Assembly (NCBI GenBank): GCA_963422205.2
Contig: CAXMWX010000001.1
Coordinates: 448,001-512,000 of the forward strand
DNA: 64,000 nt
Source: Gammaproteobacteria bacterium
GTDB lineage: Bacteria; Pseudomonadota; Gammaproteobacteria; Eutrophobiales; Eutrophobiaceae
Direction of reading: 5' to 3'
Shown here piece by piece: positions 31,289 to 41,818 of this stretch; within the stretch, counting starts at the first letter, position 1; each line of letters begins with the position of its first letter. The position numbers and the translations under genes are program-made. The notes beneath the pieces were generated by a model that made no database searches, had not been told where the DNA came from, and was given only the letters and a program-made list of their open reading frames with translations.

Positions 31289-33241
31289 ATGAGTAAATTG
31301 TCCTTCAGTAAGTGGATAATTGCTTGTCTGGCTGTGGTGTTTTCCCTGACAGTGACTGCGAATGACGAAGTTCGCAAGCTGACAGAGAATCCAAACTACT
31401 GGGCTTTTCCAGGCGGCAATTACTGGAACTGGCGTTATTCTGAGTTGAATCAGATTAACAACAAAAATGCCAGTAAAATAGTGACGGCGTGGACGTTCTC
31501 TACCGGACGTCTGCAAGGTCATGAGGGGGGGCCTCTGGTGCTGCCGCCAAGTGCGACAGGGCTGGAGTCCGATCATCTGTACATCCATTCTTCGTTCCCG
31601 AATGATGTTTTTGCCGTCAATCTGGATGATCTGACCATCACCTGGGCGTATGAACCACAGCAGAATGAGGCAGAGACCGTGCCGGTGATGTGTTGTGACA
31701 TCGTCAACCGCGGCCTGGGTTACAGCATGGGGCAGATCTACCTGCAACAGGCAGATACCAAGCTGGTGGCGCTGAACGCCAAGACCGGTAAAGAGGTCTG
31801 GTCAACCTGGAATGGTGGCGACATCCCTGAATCGCAAGGCGGCCCTTATGGCCCCAAGAAGGGTATGACCAACACCAACGCACCGCACCCCATTAAGGAC
31901 AAGGTCATTACGGGGTGTTCCGGGGCGGAGTTTGGTGTGCGTTGCTGGCTGGCCGCTTACAATGCGAAAGATGGCTCGCTGGCCTGGCGTGCTTTCAGCA
32001 TGGGGCCGGATGAGGACATCCTGTTTGATGCCAACACCACCTCATTAGGCAAGAAGGTCGGCAAGGACTCATCCCTACGCACCTGGTGTGTGGATGAGCC
32101 GGGTGCATGGGGCGCGCTGCGTGCCAACTCGGCCAAGGAGCGCGAGTGTGAAAACCGCAGCGACCAGTGGAAGCTGGGCGGTGGTTCAACCTGGGGCTGG
32201 TGGCCTGCTGACTTCAAAGAGAACCTGGTGTATTACGGCTCCGGCAATCCAGGCACGTGGAACCCGGTTGTTCGTCCGGGCGATAACAGGTGGTCTATGA
32301 GCGTCTTCGCCCGTGACATTGACACCGGTATGGCTCGCTGGGTCTACCAGATGACGCCGCATGATGAGTGGGATTACGATGGTGTGAACGAGATGATCCT
32401 GGTCGACATGAAGGTGAAAGGCAAGCAGACGCCAGCACTGGTGCATTTCGACCGTAATGGATTTGCTTATACCATGAACCGCGTGAATGGTGCCTTGCTG
32501 GTGGCCGAGAAGTACGACCCGTCTGTCAACTGGGCAACCCATGTCGACATGAAAACGGGTTATCCGCAGGTCGTCAATGCCTACAGCACCGCTTATAACG
32601 GTGAGGATGTTGTCTCCAAGGACATCTGTCCTGCTGCCTTGGGTACCAAAGACCAGCAGCCGGCGGCCTACTCGCCACGGACTAATCTGTTCTATGTACC
32701 CACCAACCATGTGTGCATGACCTACGAGCCGGTCAGTTATGCTGCTGGCGGTAATCAGTACACCGCAGGTCAAGCCTTTGTGAATGCCAACCTGACCATG
32801 TATCCGGCTGGTGCTGTCACGAAGGATGGCACTGATAACATGGGTAACTTCATCGCCTGGAACGCTGACACTGGCAAGATAGTCTGGTCAATCCCTGAGC
32901 AGTGGTCGGTGTGGAGTGGCGTGTTGGCCACCGCAGGTGACGTGGCGTTCTATGGTACGCTCGATGGCTACGCCAAGGCGGTGGATGCGAAAACCGGCAA
33001 GCTGCTGTGGAAGTTTAAGGCGCCGTCCGGCATCATCGGCAACTTCCACACCTGGGCGCATAAAGGCAAGCAGTACGTCGGTGTGCTTTCTGGTATCGGC
33101 GGTTGGGCTGGTGCGGTCGTTGCTATTCCGGGTCTGGCCGCTGCGCCTGACACGGCGGCCCTGGGTGCTGTCGGTGGCTACCGCAAACTGCTGAATGTAT
33201 CGCGTAATGCGGGTGTCTTGATGGTGTTCAGCCTGCCGTAG
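31289..33241 (+). CDS. xoxF: PQQ-dependent, lanthanide-type methanol dehydrogenase
   Basis: Signal peptide, MCCD vicinal disulfide, [21 protein letters not shown] (D-x-D lanthanide motif); no mxaI nearby. Confidence 0.93.
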   Translation: MSKLSFSKWIIACLAVVFSLTVTANDEVRKLTENPNYWAFPGGNYWNWRYSELNQINNKNASKIVTAWTFSTGRLQGHEGGPLVLPPSATGLESDHLYIHSSFPNDVFAVNLDDLTITWAYEPQQNEAETVPVMCCDIVNRGLGYSMGQIYLQQADTKLVALNAKTGKEVWSTWNGGDIPESQGGPYGPKKGMTNTNAPHPIKDKVITGCSGAEFGVRCWLAAYNAKDGSLAWRAFSMGPDEDILFDANTTSLGKKVGKDSSLRTWCVDEPGAWGALRANSAKERECENRSDQWKLGGGSTWGWWPADFKENLVYYGSGNPGTWNPVVRPGDNRWSMSVFARDIDTGMARWVYQMTPHDEWDYDGVNEMILVDMKVKGKQTPALVHFDRNGFAYTMNRVNGALLVAEKYDPSVNWATHVDMKTGYPQVVNAYSTAYNGEDVVSKDICPAALGTKDQQPAAYSPRTNLFYVPTNHVCMTYEPVSYAAGGNQYTAGQAFVNANLTMYPAGAVTKDGTDNMGNFIAWNADTGKIVWSIPEQWSVWSGVLATAGDVAFYGTLDGYAKAVDAKTGKLLWKFKAPSGIIGNFHTWAHKGKQYVGVLSGIGGWAGAVVAIPGLAAAPDTAALGAVGGYRKLLNVSRNAGVLMVFSLP

Positions 33242-33306
33242 GCATTCGCTCATAGCGATAGCGTTACAGTAAGCTACTAATAAGAAACGTTGTTGTAGCT
33301 TTGCAT

Positions 33307-33342
33307 AAATCCCCGGTGTCCTGAGATGCCGGGGATTTTTTT
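33307..33342 (+). terminator. Rho-independent terminator after xoxF
   Basis: AAATCCCCGGTGTC-CTGA-GATGCCGGGGATTT followed by T run. Confidence 0.85.
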
Positions 33343-33478
33343 ATGACGTTAAGATCAGGGAAAAATTCCTGTATAACACAAGAACGTAAATTATCTTACC
33401 GAGTCTTTAGTCATACTGTCACAAGCATCAGGCAGGCGATGATCCTGCACATGCAGGCTGTTTGAAACCCGGAGGACT

Positions 33479-33924
33479 ATGATGAAAATAAAATATATCG
33501 ATATACTGCTTGCCAGTCTGTCGGGGCTGTTATTCTTGCCCGGTGTATTTGCGGCAGAGCATATCATCAATGCCGAGGCGCGCCGGTTTAACCCCGATAT
33601 CGTTTACATACAGCCAGGTGATACCGTTGGCTTTATCAACATGACCTCACACAATGCGGTTTCTGAGGATGGCCTGTTACCTGAAGGCGCCGCACCGTTT
33701 CGCTCGGATCTGGGGAGAATCTGAAATTAACGCTGGATGTGGAGGGCATTTATCCTTATGTCTGTGAACCACATATCGGTTTCGGCATGGTCGGGGTGAT
33801 TGTGGTCGGGGCGCCCGTCAATGTTGATGAGGTGATGGCGAAGGCCAGAGAAACGCTGGAGGGGCCCAAGCGTCGTTTAATTGGCAAGATATTAAAGGTG
33901 CAGCGTGCAGCAAAAAAACAGTAA
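33479..33924 (+). pseudogene. Pseudoazurin/plastocyanin-like type-1 copper protein split by a 1-bp frameshift (or homopolymer error)
   Basis: Signal peptide, FNPDIVYIQPGDTV, SHN, Y.C.PH....M; adding one G to the run at 33712-33715 joins the two ORFs. Confidence 0.88.
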
Positions 33925-33979
33925 AATACGAGCGCACAAACCATAGTGTTAAGATGACCAGTTCAACGGGAGAGTTAAG

Positions 33980-34894
33980 ATGAATGCGGCTGTTAGACCC
34001 TGCGGCTTTTTGCTGTTAATGATGGCAGTGACCCTGATGGTGAGTGCCCAGGAGAGAGTTGACGGAAAAGCCGGAGGAGAAGCGCAGCAAGCTGAGTTAA
34101 TGACGGTGCTTAAAGTCTGTGCTGATCCGTTTATGTTGCCTTTTTCCAATCGCAAGGAAGAGGGTTTTGAGAACCGGATTGCCGAATTGTTTGCCGAGAG
34201 ATTGGGCGTGCCTGTTCGCTATGAGTTTTTCCCGCAGCGCATGGGCTTTATCAGGAACACCTTGCGGGCAGAGTCCGATGCTGGCCCGGGCTATAAATGC
34301 GATCTGGTCATCAATGTGCCGGAATCGTTTGAACTGGCTGCCACCACAGATTCTTATTACACCACGTCTTATGTGCTGGTCTTTGCCAGGGGCCGGGGCA
34401 TGGACAGCGTGACCTCGGCAGAGATGCTGGGGGAGTTGGTGAACACGCAGGGCGTGAAGATCAGGTTCGGGCTGGCCGATCGTGGCCCGGCCCAGTTCTG
34501 GGTCTCTAAGCATGGCTTGATGGGCAGCATCGTGCCTTATCAGGGGCAGCCCGGTGATGCCCGGGTCAATCCCGGAGAGCAACTGATCAAGGATATTCTG
34601 GCGGGCAAGATTGATGCCGCTATCGCCTGGGGGCCGACGGCCGGTTATTTTGCCAGCCAGGCAGATGCCAAAGACAAACTGGTGATCTTGCCGCTGCGGG
34701 ATGATCCGGATTCCCCTCGGATCAAGTTTGAATACAGCATGGCCATGGGCGTACGTTATGGTGAGAAAGCCTGGAAGGATAAAATCAACGGCCTGATTGC
34801 GGCCAATCAGGATGAGATCAATGCGATCCTGCAAGCATACGGCGTACCCTTGCTGCCGCTTAAACACGCCGCCGAACAAGATGATGATGACTGA
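33980..34894 (+). CDS. xoxJ: XoxJ/MxaJ-like periplasmic binding protein
   Basis: LKVCADP..LPFSN..EEGFEN, QRMGFIRNTL, AWGPTAGY, MGVR. Confidence 0.92.
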   Translation: MNAAVRPCGFLLLMMAVTLMVSAQERVDGKAGGEAQQAELMTVLKVCADPFMLPFSNRKEEGFENRIAELFAERLGVPVRYEFFPQRMGFIRNTLRAESDAGPGYKCDLVINVPESFELAATTDSYYTTSYVLVFARGRGMDSVTSAEMLGELVNTQGVKIRFGLADRGPAQFWVSKHGLMGSIVPYQGQPGDARVNPGEQLIKDILAGKIDAAIAWGPTAGYFASQADAKDKLVILPLRDDPDSPRIKFEYSMAMGVRYGEKAWKDKINGLIAANQDEINAILQAYGVPLLPLKHAAEQDDDD

Positions 34895-34898
34895 GACC

Positions 34899-35690
34899 AT
34901 GAAGATACACAAAAATATTTATGCTGGCATGATGGCCTTCGGGCTGTTGCTTACCGTGCTGGTCACCGTTCAGGCACAGGAACAAAATGCCGTTGAGGTG
35001 GAGGTACAAGAAGATGGCGTTGTTGAGATTCCAGGGGCAACCATAGGCCGTATGGGTGATGCCGTGAGGGTTGATCCGGACACGTTTGAATTTGCCGAGG
35101 CGGAAACCAAACTCTGGCTGGATGATCATTTGCATAATATCGATAAACCCGCCAGGCTCTATTATGAGTTTGTCAAATCCGGCAGCTATGAAGAAGGATT
35201 CACCGACTCGGTCTATCTGGATATCATCGCTGTCAATGCCGATGGCAGCAAGAATGCCAATCTGGAGTTCTTCGCAGCTGAGAGGCGTCAGATAGCAGAG
35301 CCTGATAACCTGACCAACATCATCGGCAACCCCGTGCTGGTGTTGTACATGCAGGGCGATGTATATGAAATGAGCCGCTTGACGAGCGGCAGCTGGCGTT
35401 ATTTTCAGCGTCGTATCAAGCTGGCATTCAGCGAAGCGGCTAGGATCGAACCGGTGACTTTTACCTTTGCCGGCAAAGAGTTGACAGGTGAGAAAATATC
35501 GATTGCGCCTTACCTGAACGATCCCAGACGCCGACAGTTTGAGCAGTTTGCGGTCAAATCCTATGAGTTCATCTTATCCGATGCTGTGCCCGGCAAGGTC
35601 TATCAGATAAAAACCGTGGTGCCAGACAGCAAAAATCCCGACCAGCCCCTGCTTGAGGAAGTGCTGACACTGCAAAGTGTGAAGTCCTAG
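34899..35690 (+). CDS. Exported hypothetical protein coupled to xoxJ
   Basis: Signal peptide, long ORF abutting xoxJ. Confidence 0.75.
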   Translation: MKIHKNIYAGMMAFGLLLTVLVTVQAQEQNAVEVEVQEDGVVEIPGATIGRMGDAVRVDPDTFEFAEAETKLWLDDHLHNIDKPARLYYEFVKSGSYEEGFTDSVYLDIIAVNADGSKNANLEFFAAERRQIAEPDNLTNIIGNPVLVLYMQGDVYEMSRLTSGSWRYFQRRIKLAFSEAARIEPVTFTFAGKELTGEKISIAPYLNDPRRRQFEQFAVKSYEFILSDAVPGKVYQIKTVVPDSKNPDQPLLEEVLTLQSVKS

Positions 35691-35699
35691 CCTGAAATC

Positions 35700-38435
35700 T
35701 CAAGCCGCTTCCAGCTTGACGGCGCAGTATTTAAATTCCGGTATCTTGCCGTAAGGGTCCAGTGCTTCAATGGTCAACAGGTTGGCCGCTGCCTCATGGT
35801 AGCAAAACGCCATGAAGACGTTGCCCGGTTGCAGTCTCGTATCTGCCCGGCTAATGGCCTCTACCGCCCCTCTTCTTGAACTGATATGTACCCGCTTGCC
35901 CGCATCCAGTGCAAGCCGGTCAAGATCATCGGGATGCACGCTGACCACCGGCAAGGGTTCCAGTTGGTTCAATATGCTGGCACGCCGGGTCATGCTGCCG
36001 GTGTGCCAATGTTCAAGCTGCCTGCCCGTGATGAAGATGAACGGGAATGCCTGATCCGGCAGTTCGGCGGCCATCTCATAGTCCGCTGAGACAAAACGGC
36101 CACGTTTGTCGTCGGTAGGGAAGCCCTCGGTAAAGATCACCGCCGTGCCGGGATCGCCTGTATTTAACAAGGGATAAGTTAAGGAATGTGCCTTGTCCAG
36201 TCTGTCCCATGTCATGCCCGCCATGCTGGGTGTTGCCTGTCTGATCTCGTTGAAGACAGATCCCGCTGAAGGGTAGTCCCAATCCAGCCCCAGGCGTTTT
36301 GCCAGTTCCTGGATGATCCATAAGTCCTGTCGGGCCTGGCCGGGCGGTTCGATGGCCTGTCTGCCGAGTTGTACCCGTCTGTCAGTGTTGGTAAACGTAC
36401 CGGTTTTCTCAGGGAAGGCAGAGGCGGGCAAAATCACATCGGCAAAGCCGGCGGTCTCGGTGAAAAAAATATCCTGCACGATGAGATGCCTTAATCTCGC
36501 CAGGGCAGCACGTGCATGGTGTAAATTGGGATCGGACATGGCCGGGTTTTCACCCATAATATACATCCCGTCCAACTCACCATCATGGATGGCGTGCATG
36601 ATCTCAACCACGGTCAGGCCGGGCTCTCTATCCAGTTCCGTGTGCCATAATTGTTCGAATTTTTGCTGTACCTGCTGATCGTTGACCGGCTGATAATCCG
36701 GGTAGACCATGGGGATGAGGCCAACATCGGATGCGCCTTGGACGTTGTTCTGTCCTCGCAATGGATGCAGGCCAGCCCCGGGGCGTCCAATCTGACCGGT
36801 CATCAAGGCCAGCGAGATAAGGCAGCGGGCATTGTCTGTGCCGTGCGTATGCTGGGAGATCCCCATGCCCCAGAAGATCATGGCGGCATCGGCCTTGGCA
36901 TAGATGCGGGCGACTTGTTTTAAGGTAGCGGCGTCAATACCGCAGATGGCAGCGACAGACTCCGGGCGGTATTTCGCTACGGCCGCTGTCAGCTCGGCAA
37001 AACCGTCCGTGTATTGCTCAATATAATCACGATCATAAAGCTCTTCTGTAATGATGGTGTGTATCATGGCATTGAGCATGGGAACATCGGTATCCGGCCG
37101 GAATTGCAAAAAGTAATCGGCATGACGGGCCAGATCAGAGCGATAGGGATCCATCAGGATGAGAGTCTTGCCGGCCTTGCTCGCATTCTTCATAAACGTA
37201 GCCGCCACCGGATGATTGACCGTCGGCCTGGCGCCAATGACGATGATGACCTCGGCCTCGCTGACATCGGTGACCGGATTGGATACTGCCCCTGAGCCGA
37301 TCGTCTCCAGCAGTGCGGCCACGGAAGAGGCATGACATAAACGGGTACAATGATCGACATTGTTTGAACGAAAGCCCGTTCTGATGAGTTTCTGAAACAG
37401 ATACGCCTCTTCATTGCTGCCCTTGGCCGAACCAAACCCCGCCAGTGCGCGTGCACCTTTGCCATCACGTATTGCCAATAACCCGGCGGCGGCAACATCC
37501 AGTGCCTCCTCCCAGCTTGCCTCAGTAAAGTAATCCATCCTGTTCTCAGGGGCGATCACCTCGGCGGTCTTGGGCGCATCCGGCTTGCGAATTAATGGCG
37601 TGGTGAGCCGGTCGGGATGATGCACATAATCAAAACCGTAACGGCCCTTGACACAAAGCCGGCCTTTATTGGCTGGCCCGTCTTTGCCGTTGACGGCGTG
37701 AATCCGGTTGTCCTTGACGTGATAGGTGAGCAGGCAGCCCACACCGCAGTAGGGGCAGACGGAATCCACCTGCTTATCGGCATCCTCCCCGGCCCGCCCA
37801 TTGACCGACATCAGGGCGCCGGTAGGGCAGGCTTGCACGCATTCCCCGCAGCTAACGCAGCTGCTCTCACCCAAGGGGTCATCACTATCGAAGACAATTT
37901 TTGCCTGCTCCCCCCGGAAGGCATAACCGATGACATCATTCACTTGCTCTTCCCGGCAGGCCCTGATGCAGCGTGTGCAGTGAATGCAGGTATCCAGGTT
38001 GACCTGGATTGCCGGGTGGCTTGAATCGGCAGCAACAGGCTTTCGAGCCGGGAGGCGTGGCCGGCCCACCGCCATCTCCCTGGCCCAGTAGTCCAGCTCT
38101 GATTGGCTGGTGTGTGGTGAGCCGCCCTGATCAGGCATATCCGCCAGTAACAACTCAAGGATCATTTTCTGTGCCTGCACCGCCCGTTCGCTGTCCGTGC
38201 TGACCTTCATGCCTGCCTGTGGCTGGCGGCAGCAGGCGGCGGCCAGCACCCGCTCGCCATCGATCTCGACCATGCAGGCCCGGCAGTTGCCATCAGCACG
38301 GTAGCCCGGTTTGTAGCAGAGATACGGGATAGCGACATGCAGGCGTTTTGCCGTTTGCAAAATGCTCTCACCGGCCAGAGCCTGCACGGGTTTGTCGTTT
38401 AAGTAAAAAGCAACCGGGTTTTCCTGTAAGGTCAT
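35700..38435 (-). CDS. fdhA: Formate dehydrogenase alpha subunit (Fdh1A-like, W/Mo-bisPGD)
   Basis: N-terminal FeS motifs, CPYCGVGC, DHCTRLCH, LRGQNNVQG, IPEFKYCAV. Confidence 0.95.
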   Translation of the reverse strand: MTLQENPVAFYLNDKPVQALAGESILQTAKRLHVAIPYLCYKPGYRADGNCRACMVEIDGERVLAAACCRQPQAGMKVSTDSERAVQAQKMILELLLADMPDQGGSPHTSQSELDYWAREMAVGRPRLPARKPVAADSSHPAIQVNLDTCIHCTRCIRACREEQVNDVIGYAFRGEQAKIVFDSDDPLGESSCVSCGECVQACPTGALMSVNGRAGEDADKQVDSVCPYCGVGCLLTYHVKDNRIHAVNGKDGPANKGRLCVKGRYGFDYVHHPDRLTTPLIRKPDAPKTAEVIAPENRMDYFTEASWEEALDVAAAGLLAIRDGKGARALAGFGSAKGSNEEAYLFQKLIRTGFRSNNVDHCTRLCHASSVAALLETIGSGAVSNPVTDVSEAEVIIVIGARPTVNHPVAATFMKNASKAGKTLILMDPYRSDLARHADYFLQFRPDTDVPMLNAMIHTIITEELYDRDYIEQYTDGFAELTAAVAKYRPESVAAICGIDAATLKQVARIYAKADAAMIFWGMGISQHTHGTDNARCLISLALMTGQIGRPGAGLHPLRGQNNVQGASDVGLIPMVYPDYQPVNDQQVQQKFEQLWHTELDREPGLTVVEIMHAIHDGELDGMYIMGENPAMSDPNLHHARAALARLRHLIVQDIFFTETAGFADVILPASAFPEKTGTFTNTDRRVQLGRQAIEPPGQARQDLWIIQELAKRLGLDWDYPSAGSVFNEIRQATPSMAGMTWDRLDKAHSLTYPLLNTGDPGTAVIFTEGFPTDDKRGRFVSADYEMAAELPDQAFPFIFITGRQLEHWHTGSMTRRASILNQLEPLPVVSVHPDDLDRLALDAGKRVHISSRRGAVEAISRADTRLQPGNVFMAFCYHEAAANLLTIEALDPYGKIPEFKYCAVKLEAA

Positions 38436-40096
38436 TTTGCAAACTCCTGAGGGAAATGGTTGATGGCCGAGCGCAGGGGATTAGGCGCCGCCTGACCCAG
38501 CCCGCAGATAGAGGCATCGGCCATGGCGGCACAAAGCTCCTCCAATAAGGCGACATCCCATTTTTCCCGTTGCATCAGCTTGACCGCCTTGGCCGTGCCG
38601 ACACGGCAGGGCGTACATTGGCCGCAGGATTCGTGGGCGAAAAAACGCATGCAGTTCAGCGCCAGCTGCCTTGCGGAGTCATGTTGTGACAACACAATAA
38701 TGGCCGCCGAGCCAATAAAACAGCCGGCCTCATGCAGCGTGTCGAAATCCAGCGGCAGATCCGCCAGGCTTGCCGGCAGGATGCCGCCTGAAGCACCGCC
38801 CGGAAAATAGCCATACAACTGATGCCCGGCGAGCATACCGCCGCAATACTCGGCAATCAATTCATTCAGTGTGATCCCGGCCGGGGCGAGATGGACTCCA
38901 GGCCGGTTGATGCGACCGCTGACAGAGAACGAGCGCAGACCCTGCCTGCCGTTGCGCCCATGCGATAAAAACCACGCCGGGCCCCTCTCCAGAATATCCC
39001 GCACCCAGTACAGGGTTTCCATGTTGTGTTCCAGGGTCGGCTTGCCAAACAAACCCACCTCGGCCACGAACGGCGGCCTTAGCCTTGGCATACCACGTTT
39101 GCCTTCGATGGATTCGATCATGGCCGACTCCTCCCCACAGATATAGGCACCCGCCCCCCGGCGCAGAATGATCTGTGGTGTTTGCAGGGTTTTATCGTTC
39201 GCCAGGGCCGCCAGCTCATGCTGCATTATCTGTCGGCATTCTGCATACTCATCACGTAAATACATATAGATCGCCTCGGCCTCTATTGCCCAGGCAGCGA
39301 TCAATACCCCCTCAAGCAGGCGGTGCGGGTCGCGCTCCAGATAATACCGATCCTTGAATGTGCCTGGCTCCCCCTCATCAATATTGACGGCGATCAGGCG
39401 CGGCTTTTTCTGCTGGCTGAGTATATCCCACTTCTTGCCGGCCGGAAATCCGGCACCCCCCAGGCCGCGCAAGCCGGCCGCCTGCATTTGCGAGATCACG
39501 TATGCACGTGTCAGGTCGCCGTCATGGCATTTTTTCAGCAGTTGATACCCCGCCGTGCGGCGATACGCATCCAGCGTGATATACGGCCTGAGTGTTGTCA
39601 CGGCTGTCTCGCCGCGCGCTATCATGGCGGTGATTTTTTTCGCCGTTGCCTGTTCTGCCGGGTTTGTCCCGACAACGGCCACGGGCGCACTATGGCATCG
39701 GCCGACACATGGCACAGGCTGAATACGTACCTTGTGGCGAGGGAGTTGTTGCTCAAGCTCGGCCATGAGGTGTTCAGCCCCGTACATCTCGCAGGTGATG
39801 GACTGACAGACCCGGACTGTCAACTCGGGCGGGGCGGGGTGCTGGTCTTTGACGACATCAAAATGATGATAGAAGGTGGCCACTTCATAAACCTCGGTGG
39901 TGGAGAGTTTTAACTCCTCAGCCAGTGCGGTGATGTGATCGGCGGAGATATGGTGATATTCATCCTGTAGCCGATGCAGAAATTCGATCAGCAGGTCTCT
40001 TCGTCTCGGCATACCTTCCAGCAGCTGTGTGATGGCCTGCCGTGATTGTGCATCGGCCTCCCGCCCGCGAAATTGATTGTTGATTTTTTTATTCAT
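38432..40096 (-). CDS. fdhB: Formate dehydrogenase beta subunit (NuoE/NuoF-like, FMN/NADH)
   Basis: GLRGLGGAGFP, DEGEPGTFKDR, GAGAYICGEE, ESCGQCTPCR. Confidence 0.93.
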   Translation of the reverse strand: MNKKINNQFRGREADAQSRQAITQLLEGMPRRRDLLIEFLHRLQDEYHHISADHITALAEELKLSTTEVYEVATFYHHFDVVKDQHPAPPELTVRVCQSITCEMYGAEHLMAELEQQLPRHKVRIQPVPCVGRCHSAPVAVVGTNPAEQATAKKITAMIARGETAVTTLRPYITLDAYRRTAGYQLLKKCHDGDLTRAYVISQMQAAGLRGLGGAGFPAGKKWDILSQQKKPRLIAVNIDEGEPGTFKDRYYLERDPHRLLEGVLIAAWAIEAEAIYMYLRDEYAECRQIMQHELAALANDKTLQTPQIILRRGAGAYICGEESAMIESIEGKRGMPRLRPPFVAEVGLFGKPTLEHNMETLYWVRDILERGPAWFLSHGRNGRQGLRSFSVSGRINRPGVHLAPAGITLNELIAEYCGGMLAGHQLYGYFPGGASGGILPASLADLPLDFDTLHEAGCFIGSAAIIVLSQHDSARQLALNCMRFFAHESCGQCTPCRVGTAKAVKLMQREKWDVALLEELCAAMADASICGLGQAAPNPLRSAINHFPQEFAK

Positions 40097-40105
40097 GAGA
40101 CAAGT

Positions 40106-40924
40106 TTATTTTGGTGTGTTTAACAGGACAAGTAACTCCCCTTTGCCGTTCTCCGCCATATCGCCGGCATAGCGATGCACCTCAGGCCCGTAGTGCTTGA
40201 AGCGGCGATACCTGCTGCCCATGCGCGATAGCTGCTTGAAGAACAGCCGTAAATAGGCCATCTTCAAATGGCCGCAACTGACCATGCCCGCCCCCATCAG
40301 GGCCGGGGCAGATTGCATGATAATCGTGCCTCTTTTCATGCCATAGCCGGGCAGGTGGCCGCACTTGCCCAGCACCACTACCGTACCGGCAATCATATTC
40401 GCCCCCGTATAATCGCCAGCATCTTTAGCGATCAGGATCATCCCGCGGCGCATCTTCTGCCCGGCCCGATCACCGGCATTTCCCCACACCGTGATCAGGC
40501 CATCATCCATGCCGTGCCTGCCACAGCCGATAGCGTGACCGGCATCGCCCATCACCTCGATCCTGCCCCAGCGCATCTGCCACCCCAGCCAGTTGCCGCA
40601 GTGACCATGCACATGAATGCTGCCGCCCTGCATGGCTTCGCCCAGGTAATCGCCAGCGTGTGATTTGACAGTGATACGGCCCTTGGTCATGCCATAACCA
40701 ATACGCTGCACATATTCGTTAGTGCGCCGTATTTCGATGTCATTGGCATCGTTGCCCTGTAGGGTAAACAGCTCGCCAATGCGAATTTTCTCATTGCCAA
40801 GCCGTACCTTGAGCGCGGCGATGGCGTGTCGATCCCCGGCCCGGGCGAGCAGGTCCGGCGTCAACACCGATAAATCCAGCGTTTTATCCGGTTTGCTTAA
40901 CAGGGTAAAGATCATGCGGCTCAT
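40106..40924 (-). CDS. fhcC: Formyltransferase/hydrolase complex subunit C
   Basis: GxxMxxG beta-helix repeats, GKGELL end. Confidence 0.92.
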   Translation of the reverse strand: MSRMIFTLLSKPDKTLDLSVLTPDLLARAGDRHAIAALKVRLGNEKIRIGELFTLQGNDANDIEIRRTNEYVQRIGYGMTKGRITVKSHAGDYLGEAMQGGSIHVHGHCGNWLGWQMRWGRIEVMGDAGHAIGCGRHGMDDGLITVWGNAGDRAGQKMRRGMILIAKDAGDYTGANMIAGTVVVLGKCGHLPGYGMKRGTIIMQSAPALMGAGMVSCGHLKMAYLRLFFKQLSRMGSRYRRFKHYGPEVHRYAGDMAENGKGELLVLLNTPK

Positions 40925-41817
40925 GTCAGTATATCCCTTAAATGAAAGTGGTACGGCCCCAGTTTGCCGCCATAGTTCCCGGCGCTGATCCGGTAAATGC
41001 CCTTCTCCGGGCCATACTGACAGACCGCTTCAACCCCGGCCTTGATCGCGGCTTTTATTGCCGCTTCGCTCATACCATCGATCACGATCTCCAGCACCGA
41101 GCCGATCTCCTCGGTCAACATGCTGTCCACCTGGCCCTTTAGTGTCGGACAAAAGGCTTCGTTGGTGGAGGCGGGCAGGAAGGTGTATTTGGAGCCAACC
41201 TTTGAACCAGAACCGACAATGCCGCCGGGAAAGGTGGTGACCGCCCCGGGTATGTTGCTGATCGCTTTGACGGCTTTTTCACAGGCGAGCAGGCCCTGGC
41301 GTGATGTCCTGGCCATGACCATGAAATTACCACCACCGATCGCCGGCACCACGCCGGTAGACTCCTCGCACAGGAACTCGCCGTGCATCACCGGAATCCG
41401 CCAGTATCTGATCCCGGCCAGCACCTTGGCGATCTGATAACCATCACCAAAATACCGGAGATTTTTACCCAGTGGCAGCATGGTGTTGCTTCTGATGCCA
41501 GCAAAACATGCACTGGTGGCGGTGGTCATCACCGATTGCCCGACGCGCCGGGTGAGTTGGTCGGCCAGCTGAGTTTTTGACATGGCAAAGATCAAAACCG
41601 CCAGCCCGGGCCTGCCGTCCGGGGTTTCTGCCGGTTTTAATTCGCATTCAATGTCCGACTCGCAACCACAGGCGATGACCGAGGAGGCAAAGCCGGTCAG
41701 CGAGTTGGCCGCCCGGTACGCCCATTGCAGCGACATCGCCGTGATGATGATACGGGTGGCCTGCATCGGGAAGCCCTCGGCAAAGGTATCGTCTATGACT
41801 ATGCCGTTGATCTTCAT
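40921..41817 (-). CDS. fhcD: Formylmethanofuran:H4MPT formyltransferase (copy 1)
   Basis: DTFAE, GFASSVIACGCE, GSKVGSKY, SAGNYGGKLG. Confidence 0.95.
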   Translation of the reverse strand: MKINGIVIDDTFAEGFPMQATRIIITAMSLQWAYRAANSLTGFASSVIACGCESDIECELKPAETPDGRPGLAVLIFAMSKTQLADQLTRRVGQSVMTTATSACFAGIRSNTMLPLGKNLRYFGDGYQIAKVLAGIRYWRIPVMHGEFLCEESTGVVPAIGGGNFMVMARTSRQGLLACEKAVKAISNIPGAVTTFPGGIVGSGSKVGSKYTFLPASTNEAFCPTLKGQVDSMLTEEIGSVLEIVIDGMSEAAIKAAIKAGVEAVCQYGPEKGIYRISAGNYGGKLGPYHFHLRDILT

Positions 41818-41818
41818 A

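Noticed and set aside
38432-40096. Complex I nuoF
   Set aside because: NuoE-F fusion coupled to FDH alpha; no other nuo genes
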